From positions 1,115,630-1,179,629 of the forward strand of contig CM082586.2 in the NCBI GenBank assembly GCA_040954595.2: a stretch of DNA of 64,000 bases. Reading direction: 5' to 3'. The DNA is from Balanoglossus misakiensis. Its lineage: Eukaryota > Animalia > Hemichordata. The notes below the pieces were generated by a model. The model saw only the letters and a list, made by a program, of their open reading frames with translations, ran no database searches and was not told the origin of the DNA. The stretch's first letter is position 1; each line of letters opens with the position of its first letter. A program made the position numbers and the translations under genes. Positions 34,612 through 46,429 of this stretch are shown here, in pieces.

Positions 34612-37600
34612 TTATTTCAGCAGCGGTCTTTTCTCGGGGTCGTATCCGTTCTGAATACTGGTGTTGTCCGGCTTCCGTAGTAAGATTATCGGTGGTTCAC
34701 GTCGCCTGTGAAAGAAAATAGAGTTATAATTATGTAATGGCAAATATGGACCAAATTTTAAGAGACAATAATCGCAAACGAGGCTGGATTCCCGGGGGGG
34801 GGGGCTACTGTCAAATGGCAAACTTACTGTCCACCGCAGCGGTATTCCCACAGACAGAACAAGGTCAGAAAAGACGCCATCACAGCAAACATGGCGGACA
34901 ACAGAGTTGCGGTTTTCTCAAAGCCGATGTCACTGGCCAGTGCACTTCCAAGTGTCGGACCGAGAAAATTACTGGAAAAAAAAACCGGACAGTGTATATT
35001 AAAACCGAGTCAGCCCTAAATTTAACTGTATTGGCAGAACCAAGAGATTAACAATCATTATATAACATATTCAAAATTGCGTTGTTCAAAGATTCGTCCA
35101 AATCTTTCAGTTTCACGCTGCTAAGACATGATTTCTCATGACTATTCAACCGACCAGTTGCCGGGAAATGAATGTAAAGCCTTACCCTAATGAAAACAGT
35201 CCTGAAAAGAGACCGGATATGATGCCATAGGTGCCAATATTTTCCTCCATTCCGTACCACCTGTTGTGTGTTTGAAATGAAATGAAATCATTAACGGAAA
35301 TTTTCACACAATTAACATGTCATGTTCATATTTCCACCTGCAGATTCTCTTCGAACAACAACCGCCGAATGCCTATATGACGTAATGCAATTTAACGATG
35401 CATATATATACGGTCACTCCACGGTGCCTATGAAGTGAGCGACAAGCAGTATGCCTCCGCGGTAAACCAAGGTACGGCAGTTCTGCGACAACAGCGGTGG
35501 CCATGCATTTGGATACTAGTACTTTCTGGTTGGAGAAGGCGTCATTTTTGGCCATTCGACACAGTCAAGTGACTCAACTACCGGTAAGTACTTTCTTATT
35601 CAACGAATATGGGTTAGTCCGAGCATAGATACCGGACGAATGGTGGGAATTACCTTGCCGAGGAAACCATCTCATTGAACGTCGGCAAAACTGACGCGGC
35701 CAGCGATAGCCCCAGTAACACTAACGATACCGATACCACGTATAAGGAACTGGAAAGAAAAACGCATTTATTTTCGACAATCAGTTGACCGTTTGTACGC
35801 ATGATCGCCTGACAACATAATCGATGTCATTTACCGCTGAAAAATGTCAAATCACAAGTCATTCGATATGCCTCGTGTTCTGCTTTCCCTGAAGCCAAAA
35901 TAGAGCGATAATGCCTTCACATCTGTCACACCAAAAATCGCCCATTAAATAATAAATAAATAAACTACCTTTCCATGTTCAAAAGTGGGGATGGACCGAC
36001 GTACAGATATCCTCCTACACTGGCTATGTTGCCGATGATCATCAATAGTTTGGGAATGTCCTAAAAAAACAGAGATTTACAAATCACGCAGTGGGTAAAA
36101 TTTTGTGGGTAAGATCGATAGGTTTGTCAGTAGCATAACGAATCGTCCAAGCCCAAAATCACCACGCATGTTGAAAAGAGTGGACGTTCTGTTAATTCCA
36201 TTGTTTATTTGACAAAACTTCAAACTCAGTGGGAGGTATACTTACATATTTATCAGTCAACCATCCCCAAAAGAAAGCTGATATCGCGTATGCCGAGGAA
36301 TTGGCCAGAAACATCAGGCCAATCTGAGTTGAGTTTAAATTGAACTGGCGAGATAAAAGTTGAAAAATACATACATGTATTTAGTAACTTCACATCTTAC
36401 CAATTAATTTGATGTGAATAAATTACGATCACAGTGAACAGGCCACTGTGGAGCTGAGTCTGCTCACCTGAGAAAGATGATCGGCGAGGGTTGGGTCCAG
36501 AAAGCCAATACCCATGAAGCCAAGAAGTACACACGCGGACGTCATAATGACAGACGGTATCTTCAAAAGTTGAATCAGTGAACCAGACGTTTTCGTGTCG
36601 TCTGCAAAAAAAAGATCCGTAGAACTTCAACTCTTGCGGGTAATCGTTGCGATATACACAGTCTACTTTAAAAAGTACTCAATTTAAACAAATGTACGAG
36701 CAAAATGCATCCATAACTGATGCATCTATACCTACCTTTGTATTCGGGAACGATGAAATAATTGATTATTACAATCCCAATGCACACCGATCCCCACACT
36801 ATGAACGGCAGCGAATAACCGCCAACCTAATAGACCGAGAAAAGAAAAACACAATGAAGAAAACAGATCACTATCAATACACTTGTAGCATGTGATTATG
36901 TATGCCAGTTGTGAATTAGTAGTACGATTACGAGGATGAGAATTAAACCTACCTGGAATAGCGCGCCGCCTACCGGTGGACCTATCATGAAACCCAGGCC
37001 GCAAAATATTTCAGCAGCTCCCTGTTTTGAAGAAAAAATAAAACTTATTACGTTTTGTCAAATTGCATTTGCTAGTTCTATAAGTCATCTTTCAACCTTG
37101 AATAACAACACCCCGACGAGCTCTTTGGTTGGGGGTCTGCATCCCATCTGACTGAGATCCTATCTACTTCAAAACAGGGCTCTTAGAATTTTTGACCCGT
37201 TAGGAAATCATTGTTTTGTTCAGACTGTACATCTCCGTCGAACCAAGGGGTCAGTCAAAAGTACTTACAAAAGCTGTGGCAATGTTATGTCTGAAGGTGG
37301 AGGCAATAATGGAATACGCTCCCGTCGAACTGGCCGCCGCTCCGATCGCCTCCAAGATGCGAGTAAGAAAACAAAAAGTCACAAACATAGTTCCTGCTGG
37401 CAATTTATCCAGAAAACTGAAAAGAAAATATAAAAAAATACGTCGCGTTTAAACAAGCCATGCAAATTGTGTATGACTATGCTTCAATTGCTAAATGACC
37501 CACCCAAGACACTTTGACATTAAAAGTTGACTCACCCGAATATTATGCAGGTACATCCTCCGGTAAAAGAACCGGCCAGGAATAAAAATTTTGCCCCAAC

Positions 37601-38347
37601 AATAGGTACCTAATATGGAAGAAAAACAGAATATTTAAACGAAAGAAATAGAGCAATTTCGATAACAATCGATCAAAATCTGATTGGCCTTTCCCCCTCT
37701 CTGACGACTTCACCCCTGTCTGTCCGTCCGTCTGCCAGTCTGTCTCTTCGTCCGTCTGTCTCTCCGCGTGTCCATCAACGATTTTATATCTACACCTACC
37801 AGTTTTCCAAAGATTGGAGAAAATATAAACATAGTCAGGGAATAAGATCCAAATATCAGACCAACTTCAGTCGGAGTAGCTCCCATTTTTGCCGCCTGGA
37901 AAAAAATACACCAAAGGCTATTTATTATTGAATAAGTCATGTTTGTGGAAAAAGCATCAAACAGGAATTACACAATGACAGTAATATCAATCATTATAAC
38001 GACCAATAAACATACAGCCACGCCCCCCCCCCCCCATACAGTAGAGGAAAGCCTGAATGTGTGATCTAACGAAACTGGCGAACGCTTACCTGTGTTGGGA
38101 AAAAAGGCGCTAATACACTGTACATTAGAAAGTCAGCTAAGTTGGCCAAACACATACTCAACAGAATTAGATACTCTCTCTTCGTGTAAGGGCGTTTCTC
38201 TTCTGAACTTTCACCCTTGGAGTCGTGCTTTTCGTGCCAATCCTGCGACTGTCCCAGACTTGCCGACAATGACGCCGATGTCAAGTATGAGACGTCATAG
38301 CTCGATAGAGAGACGCGCGTCGATGACCGTCTTATTCGGCCTTCCAT
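34612..38347 (-). CDS. SLC18B1: MFS-type transporter SLC18B1-like, paralog B
   Basis: 13 exons (approx.): 38347-38090, 37895-37800, 37609-37536, 37416-37269, 37021-36953, 36826-36736, 36601-36468, 36344-36246, 36060-35969, 35749-35654, 35260-35186, 34971-34828, 34706-34612 (TAA). YSVLAPFFPTQAAKMGATPTEVGLIFG, GLGFMIGPPVGGALFQVGGYSLPF, GFLDPTLADHL, C-terminus YDPEKRPLLK. Intron positions match paralog A. Probable non-coding exon at ~38587-38451 (stops in all three frames). Confidence 0.92.
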
Positions 38348-41300
38348 TTTCTGTAACACATCAAAGAGGAGTTAGTTAGTGTACACTGTTGTTGTGGGTG
38401 GTTTTGGTGGATGGTCAGTGTTTTCGTGGTTGTTGAATTGTTCGAGTTACCTTGTGATCGGAGAGTTTTTTCTTCAAAGATGGGTGATTCTGTTTATAGC
38501 GTCGAGTTTTTCTTGGCGCGGGTCTTGGCGACTATTTTGTGGAATGCTTATTTACGTTGCCCCTCTCGCTGATGTTCACCCACCGTCTGCAAAAAGAGGA
38601 GGTTTGAATATGTTCAATGCGGACAAATGAGACCACAACAGATTCCGCGGTTTCACTGACAAGACCAAATATGGAGATTAGCACGCTCCATGCCCCAACC
38701 GATCTTGAAAGTGAATCACCTCACCTCTCACCTTACGGCCAATAGCCCCGAAAATGGTACAAGTATGTGCGCAAAATTCACGAACTTTCCAGAAACAAAT
38801 TCCTGTTTGGGCCTAGTCGAGCCACGGCGACATTTGTTTACACTGCAAGCGTGGACAACAAAGCAAATAAGCTCAACCATGCAGGAGTGTATAAATTAAA
38901 CATGATCAACCTATCAAGCCGAACAGGTGTGACAGTTTTGACTGTTCGTGTCGAATATTTCAAAGGCATTACCTAGCTAAATTATTGGATTGATTCTGTT
39001 AGTGATAGGCCAACTAAAAGAAAATTTCGTTGCATCAGCTTAGGTGCAAGAAATGTATTGACGTGGAATTGTTCCACTCTTTACACCAGTCACATGTATC
39101 AAGTGACAAGTAAGAGAGAAAAAGGTGTAAACAATGTAATCTATACCCGTAATAATACAATGCCTCCACCTGTATTACCCAGGCCGTAACCAAGGAGACA
39201 CTAGGGAAGCTTGACCAAAATAATGTAAAGGGGCAATTTTTCCCCTCTGAGTGCATCAGTGTGCCGCCCCCCCCCCCCGCTAGCTGCTTCCGTTGTCATA
39301 ACAACAGGGTAAGAGGACCGGGCTCCCTCCCACCCCTCCCCTTCCATATCCAGGCCTGCCCCATATCTAACCCGCCATCACCGGATGTCAAACAAGATAG
39401 TGTTATGTAACTAGATTTGAGATAAAAATCGTTATGAAAGACGGGAAAGGTTTCGGATCATGTTTGAATTTTCATTTTCCGGATCCTCATTTATAATTGT
39501 GAAAGAATGTTCGTTTTCCCCTCGATGATCATTATTTTAAAGTTGGAGGGTGGTACATAAAACGGTTACGTTTCAGGGAGCAAAAACAAAAGGCCATCGC
39601 CTGAGAACAATAATTTATGACCGTCCAAAAGGACAACAACCGCTCCGATCGGGGTATTTAGTGTTTTAGGTTATCAGGTCATCGGAACTTGCGTTGCGTG
39701 TGGAAGCAACACTCGTAAACATATGGTTCCAAGTGTTATTGGATTCTTTCCAGTCAGGGAATCAAAAAGGTGCCTGCCTCCTCGTCCTTCCGCGCGCTGC
39801 CCACTGCACGCACAGAGAGCCGAAACGTGACAGTACTGAATGATAATATTCAAAGATGTTTTCGGAAATTGGATCCGCGAAATCTTCGAAAACAGTTCTG
39901 GACGTGCGTCCTTGAACGGAAATCCCGGGGCTGCTCAGTCATAGTGTCATACTGGGGCCAACAGCGTATTATTCACACGCACGAACAATATAAACGAGTA
40001 CGCAGTCAATGAAGATCCTTGACCACGGACTGGAAAACAACTTGGAAAACCCATAAAGTTTTGCATACAATATCTTAGACATCTTTTAAGTGGCGTCACG
40101 CTTCACCCCCCCCCCCCGCCCCGAAAGGTGCAGAAGGACGAGGAACACGCGTTTGACGTCACCGGACCAGTGTTGAACTACAGTCCCTCAATACATGTAT
40201 TGGGATTGTGGTTGAACATCAACTGTTAGTGTATTGTCTCACCCATCTCAACACATCAATCTTTTGTCGTTTATTTAACTATCATTGATAATTAAACACG
40301 AAATTTGAATACTAGTATTTTGGAAAGGTCATGGTTGTGTTTGCGACCACGAGAACTGTGCGTGCGAAGCTAACGCGGCGTCAACATACAGGTGCAGGAT
40401 GTCATTACCACTCTTGCGTTGCTAGCGCCAATGATGACGCATTTGGTTTTGCGGAAAACACTTAGGAATGACGAACTATTGCGAAACATCCATTGAACAG
40501 TTGAGGCGGCATGGTATTTTAGAAAAGGGGTAAATTTAGTTTTTGGGTTAAAAAGTACAAATATTAAGAGTAAACACAAGCTGGTCGAATGGGACATACT
40601 TTTGTCGCTTGAGCGGCTAAAAACGCGTTCGTCCCCTTCTAGCACCATGGTCCGGGGATTTATAGGAGAATTTCGGAAAGATCAACTTACCCGTGCGCTA
40701 GCCTGTTGGCCTCCAGTTGACTCTACCTCCAAGACGCAGACAAGATTAGGTCATGCTGCTCCAGAAAGCTGCATGATAGCCACAATCTGCAATCTGTCGT
40801 CTTGGCTGGGTCTCAGACAGCGCTGTGCGAGTGTGGAAGTTCCAACGTGGTGTGAGGCAGACAGGGGGTACACAATGACCAGGGTTCTTGCTACTTATGC
40901 AAAATCGACCTTTGCATCTCAGATGGGATTTCCGGCCTGCTATCATTTGATAGCCGGCAGACTCAAAACTCAGTACTTGTCACCTGAACGAAATAATCAC
41001 TCTACCACAAAATATAGCACCGGGAAATCACGAATGTGAACTCTTTATTTCGTGGACCGTTAAAACCCAGGATTATACCCGATTCCACCACCCGATCTTA
41101 AAAATAACATCCTAAATGATTTTCTATTAAAATGAGAAACATAACAATGTGTCGCGAGAAAAATACAATAAGTAAGATAACCCTGTTTAGTATATGAAAT
41201 ACGCGTACGCCCGCATGTAGGCTTAATATAGTGATAGCGAAATTTTAAAAATTAACGTATATGGAATTACACGATCAATACTGTGAAATTACATTCGCGT

Positions 41301-41471
41301 ATAAGCATCTGATTTCTAATCAGCCTACGACATGCATAGTTATAAAACCCAAACCGACTGGCCATTGATTGGGTAGCTACGGTACTCTGGCATATGAGTA
41401 AAGACAATGGGAGTGTCGAAACATTGTCTCCGCTGCGCATGCCTACAACATGTTCCGTCTGCAGACTCTCA

Positions 41472-43532
41472 CTAATTGGCTTGCGGATGGTTCTTCACGT
41501 ATTGCAGACGAGCTGGGTGATCATCATTGGGGCGGTTGAACGAGATCCATTCCTTGACTTCGGTAAACAATCGCTTGGTTTTGAGGTAATCCTGCCAATG
41601 AATCAAAGGGATAATCATGGTGATGAATATAAATACTGCCAAAACTGTGTATAGCGTCATGTCAGGTAACTTTTGTTCCTAAACTGGCTTTTATAGACAT
41701 TTTCCTTATTTTTAAACATATTGTATATCAATGAAAATCCTATGCTACTTTCCCAGGGACGCGATCTATTGTTCTGAAAACCGACGAAACCCGATTTCTC
41801 CCAAAATCTTCGTTATATCGAAAAGCCAACTATTGTCTTGGTGTGGCGTAATTCTTTTTGCTGGGACTTGTATGGGCCGATTTTCACAGAGCCAATGTGT
41901 TGCCTGTTGTCAGTCAAACGGCATGAATCGCCACTGAGTTAAGCGGCCTTATATAGCACCCCGCCCGGGGGGTTAACGCATATGTATTGAAAGACAACCT
42001 ACCTTTGTGTCCAGGGTGAATCTGTGATATATGCCTGCCGGCAAGATGATCAAGTCTCCCTTGACGCACTCGATTCGTATCCACTTGTCATTTTTGCCGC
42101 GGATGTCGAAATATCCACTGCCGTCGGTGATGAATCGAATTTCTTCGTCAGGATGCAAGTGTTCTTTGTAGAACATTGCTAACTGAAAGTATGCACACAG
42201 GAATATTCAGATAATATGCCAAATTTGAAGAATGTGAAGATAATGAATATCATTTAAATTATGTCCAAACTCTATTAGCTGTAACCTGCATGCACTGACC
42301 ATCTGCTAAGAATTTATTTTCCAAAAGCCCCCCCCCCCTGAAATCAAATGGGTCTGCCCTTATGCAGACAGGACCTCGGAGCTGTTTATGACCTTTTCAA
42401 CAGTACTACAAGACCTTCAATGTATAAAGGCCGTGCACACTGACATCGGATTTCAGGTTTTTGAATAACCGGTATCGAACCAGGATGTATATATTCAACT
42501 TACTGTTTCGTCGTAGTTTTTTAGTTTCTCCCGCGAGCACGTGATTTCATCTTGGTATTTGTAACCACGTTCGGTTGAGATCTCGTCCAATTTCCCTTCT
42601 TCCTTCCAATTATCAGCATCCAGCTATTTATGTAAATAGTTAAAAATGGATCTCGAATGATATAGCATCTTGCGATATCGTTATTTGTAATGTGTTTCTA
42701 TTAGGCAAACGTGCTACTAATACCGGTAATAGTCCGTGGTGCCGAATGTAGGACACATATATTACGCATGCAAAGCACGATTACACTTTGATGAGAACCA
42801 AAGCAGACTGATACAACCCCCTTCCCCACCCCGCCCTCAAGCCAAAGAATCTCCAGTCCCTGATGAATCTGTGTACTGTACAAGGGTGACCATGGGAACG
42901 CAAGGTCGACATCGGTCGTCGACCACAGCTTCTACACACCAAAGTGGTATACACTGATGACGTGTTTATCATTTTTGTCACGTAGTAAGGTCGCCGTCGA
43001 CATTTTGTTTGTGCATAAGAACAACCACATGATGGAGTTGTAAAAACAGCGTCGATGCAATGTGTTCTGGTGTTCTCCGCTGCAATAGAGTGAGCTCTAA
43101 ACAACCGGGAGTATCTTTTCCAACACTGCAAAAACTCTCAAAATTACCCCTATTTCATTTTTCGAATCAAAAAGATCCCCACACCCCTTGCCAAATTTGA
43201 AAAAAATATTTTGTTCGTGCGTCGGAAATTTCCCCTCAAGGGAATGTGGTAAATGGTGAATTTTACACCTTTCAAAATCAGTGCCGTGTAAAAAATACTC
43301 CGGTTATTGAACAATATTCGGCAGAAATACGGTTTTTCAGCCCCCCCCCCCCCGCGGATATCAAATGACCCACCCCTTAGTATCACGTATCACAAGACAC
43401 ACTAACCTTCCAGTATAATACGCCGATTTCCTTCAACTGATCCAAATCGACGAATTGAGGCGGGTCTGTCATGTGCTCTAAATTCCGATCAGCATTTTCA
43501 GGGTAATCGGTCAAAATCCACGCTCGAACCAT
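41472..43532 (-). CDS. ADI1: Acireductone dioxygenase (cupin fold, methionine salvage)
   Basis: 4 exons: 43532-43407 (MVRAW..GVLYWK), 42623-42504 (LDADNWK..NYDET), 42182-42003 ([42 protein letters not shown]), 41591-41472 ([22 protein letters not shown]). Metal ligands H-x-H, E and H are present. Confidence 0.96.
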
Positions 43533-43661
43533 GTTTGTGCCGAATACGGGTGAGACACGTACACGTACCAACGACTGAATTACGCAGTAAACGAATGGGT
43601 TGTTGGGGTCACTTGCAAACTATTCCGGGGGGTGCTCATACTATCATAAAATATGGTTTAA

Positions 43662-43847
43662 AAGTATACGGTCACCTCTAATTTACATACGCCCATATAT
43701 GTCAGAAATGACGTATTTGAGTGTTCTAAAGAACATGATATGGTGGCGCTTTTTTTCGCATGTGCCCCCCACTGAAAATCTGTGATTGGCTAGATCTCTA
43801 TTTGCCATGGTAACTGTAGCTATATTTGCATAGGTGACCGTATACCT
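43662..43847 (+). mobile_element. Intact ~186-bp MITE with ~16-bp TIRs and TTAA target-site duplication (Kolobok-like termini)
   Basis: TTAA(43658-43661)|AAGTATACGGTCACCT ... AGGTGACCGTATACCT|TTAA(43848-43851); no coding capacity; second copy at 15742. Confidence 0.85.
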
Positions 43848-45327
43848 TTAATTCACGCAATACTACTGCAACAAATGACACTGATAAAAACAAACTCTCA
43901 TCAACTTTATGAATAATAATACATGACCATTTGTCCATTTGCTATTTACCTCCAGCGGCTCTACCACCATGTGGTCAATCACTCATGTCAATTTCTCTAT
44001 TGTATTTTTGTCTCTCTGGTCACATGACTGTCTCGGTCTTTTCTACTGTCAAGACCAAAGGTTCAGTGGTTAGTTGTGTTCAGTTGAATAAATTTAATTA
44101 AAGCGTCCTTCAACCCACACTAATGTTCGCGTGTGCTGCTCTATAGTTGAACTCCCATTGGACAAGAAATTAGGCCTATACTTTCGTTTGATCGCAGCGC
44201 AGTCGTAGATCATAAATGATCGTTGAAACTTGTTTTCGTATACTTTATTGTTCATAATTTAATTGTTTTAAATGAGGGAAAGTTTAGATCGCAGGTAGTG
44301 TAGTTCACATTAATTGTTTAGAAAATGCTCACTACAGGATAGTATTACCAGTACATGTACATTGTGTACCTCCCTTCGACTATTGTCATGCTAATCAGTC
44401 TACCGAGAACCTGGCCTTCAGAAAACACCGGCTTTGAAAATATATGTATGTAAGTACATGTATACGTGTTTTGCCTTTCCTGTTCTGTTGCGTTCTCGGA
44501 CTCGAAGTTTCGACTACGGAGTATCTAGCCTAATTTCTGTCATCAGTTTTGGTTATTTCTAGAATCTAGGAATCATCATCAGGTAGGAATCACTTCACGG
44601 GGATCGGTTTTATTTTGAATATTTATAATCCCATGATTTGTTTGAGGTCATCGTATAATGAACGACTATGTTTCCGTCCCTTCACTCCCCCTCTCTCTCT
44701 CAACGTTGTTCAATCGACTTCTACCGTTGCTCAGAATTTTGATGACAGCCAATGTTGTCACGCACAAAAATTATTGAACTCATCAGTATATGCAATATTC
44801 GTTCTGTAAGCAATCGCCACCTGCCCAGAAGTTTGGGCGCGGTCGTTTAGACTTTATAGACTTCTGTAGCGTCAACCGATTATACATTCTCTCAGTCGAT
44901 GATCGCATCAGTGAACTTGTTTTGCCACGGTCATCTGGTCCCACAGTCTACATGGAAACACTAATACAAGCGTCATTTCCAAATTCCACCATAGACTATG
45001 ATTCCACCTTTCTCTTATTGATATTACCGAGCGATATTGTCGTGGACTCTATAGGCCTAACAACATACGTTTCGCGTGATGGGAAAGTCGAAATGACGAG
45101 GTTCAATATGGCGGCGGCCATACGAAACGGTCGACGGCCATTTTGACATAACTTTTCATAGACCAGACCGTCTGTGTATTAGACAGTGCGTTTCTTTAAC
45201 TTACACCTACCAAGTTCGGTTCAAGACGTGCAACATTACGTCATATGCTAGACGAAAGTGCTACAATTCTGCGTTAATCTATTATTATTTTAATTACTGT
45301 TACAAAGCGCGGGAAATATGCTAATTA

Positions 45328-45470
45328 AGCAATAAAACACCCCCAGCCATGGTATACCACGAGATTTTGACCAGTTCACGACATATACGCACGAGCGATA
45401 GCGAGTGCGTATATGGAGTTGAACTGGTCAAAATCGAGTGGTATACCATGGCTGGGGGTGTTTTATTGCT
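45328..45470. repeat. Long near-perfect inverted repeat (~65-bp arms), likely part of a foldback or non-autonomous DNA element
   Basis: agcaataaaacacccccagccatggtataccac..gattttgaccagttca..catatacgcac pairs with gtgcgtatatg..tgaactggtcaaaatc..gtggtataccatggctgggggtgttttattgct. Confidence 0.85.
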
Positions 45471-46179
45471 ATTATATTATGCCAGTATATTGAAACTTTG
45501 CATAAAACATTTTAAAAAGGCATTTTCTTTGACTATGATATATGACTGTGGTATATGGCTAATATATCACGGTCACGTGTCGTGTCTCGACCAATCAAAT
45601 AGCGTGATTTACACCATCAATATGCTGGTATAATATAATACTCGATATTTAGCCGAGTTTTGGGGATTTTCAGTCAGAGATTTATAGTCGGAGTCAGACT
45701 TGAGGCGAGGACGGAGGCAGACCTGGGAGAATCACGGTGGGTACGCAGCCTTATCGCGATGCGCGACCATTTAGTGACTTTTCACAAGGTTGTTATTCGA
45801 ATATTCGTGTACTCACGGTTACTAGAAAAGATCATGATGTTTTATAGGTGGAGTGTGGGCCGATAAACCCATGGATAGTACCAACATCTCTCAAATATCG
45901 CGACACGGATCCATTTTGTTTTGTGTACTGAGAGAAATCATGGCGATGTTCCGACACCGAAAGGAGCGACTGTCATAAAATGTTTGTGAGAAATGTTATA
46001 CATCAACAAAAATACTTTATAATAATACTTTTGGATAACAGATTTTATAGTTCAATTTCTTTATTTTATGCTAGTAGTTTTACATTCGCCTTTGCCATTG
46101 CAAGAAGTACAGGCTTGTTATTTTGTTAATATATGTATTATATATTTTTTTATCGACTGAATGCAGTCATTGGGCAAGT

Positions 46180-46180
46180 A

Positions 46181-46219
<39 letters not shown>

Positions 46220-46240
46220 AGTAAGTAAGTAAGTAAGTAG
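46180..46240. repeat. (TAAA)n(GTAA)n microsatellite
   Basis: ataaataaataa...gtaagtaagtaag read directly. Confidence 0.9.
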
Positions 46241-46429
46241 TAACAATTTCAAAACTGTGCTCTGTATTTATGATTGATATTGCTATAGTGCTGGTAATCA
46301 AAACGCCTTCGTCAGAAAAATCAGCACATTTTGTATTTGACGGATTACAGACTTAATGTGTTCATATATCTATAATTACTTGACAGGTTGCTAACCTAGG
46401 CTAGTCCATCACAAACCACGACGGGAATA

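Noticed and set aside
40602-41039. 145-aa plus-strand ORF
   Set aside because: Non-ATG start, no recognisable motif and no supporting exon chain.
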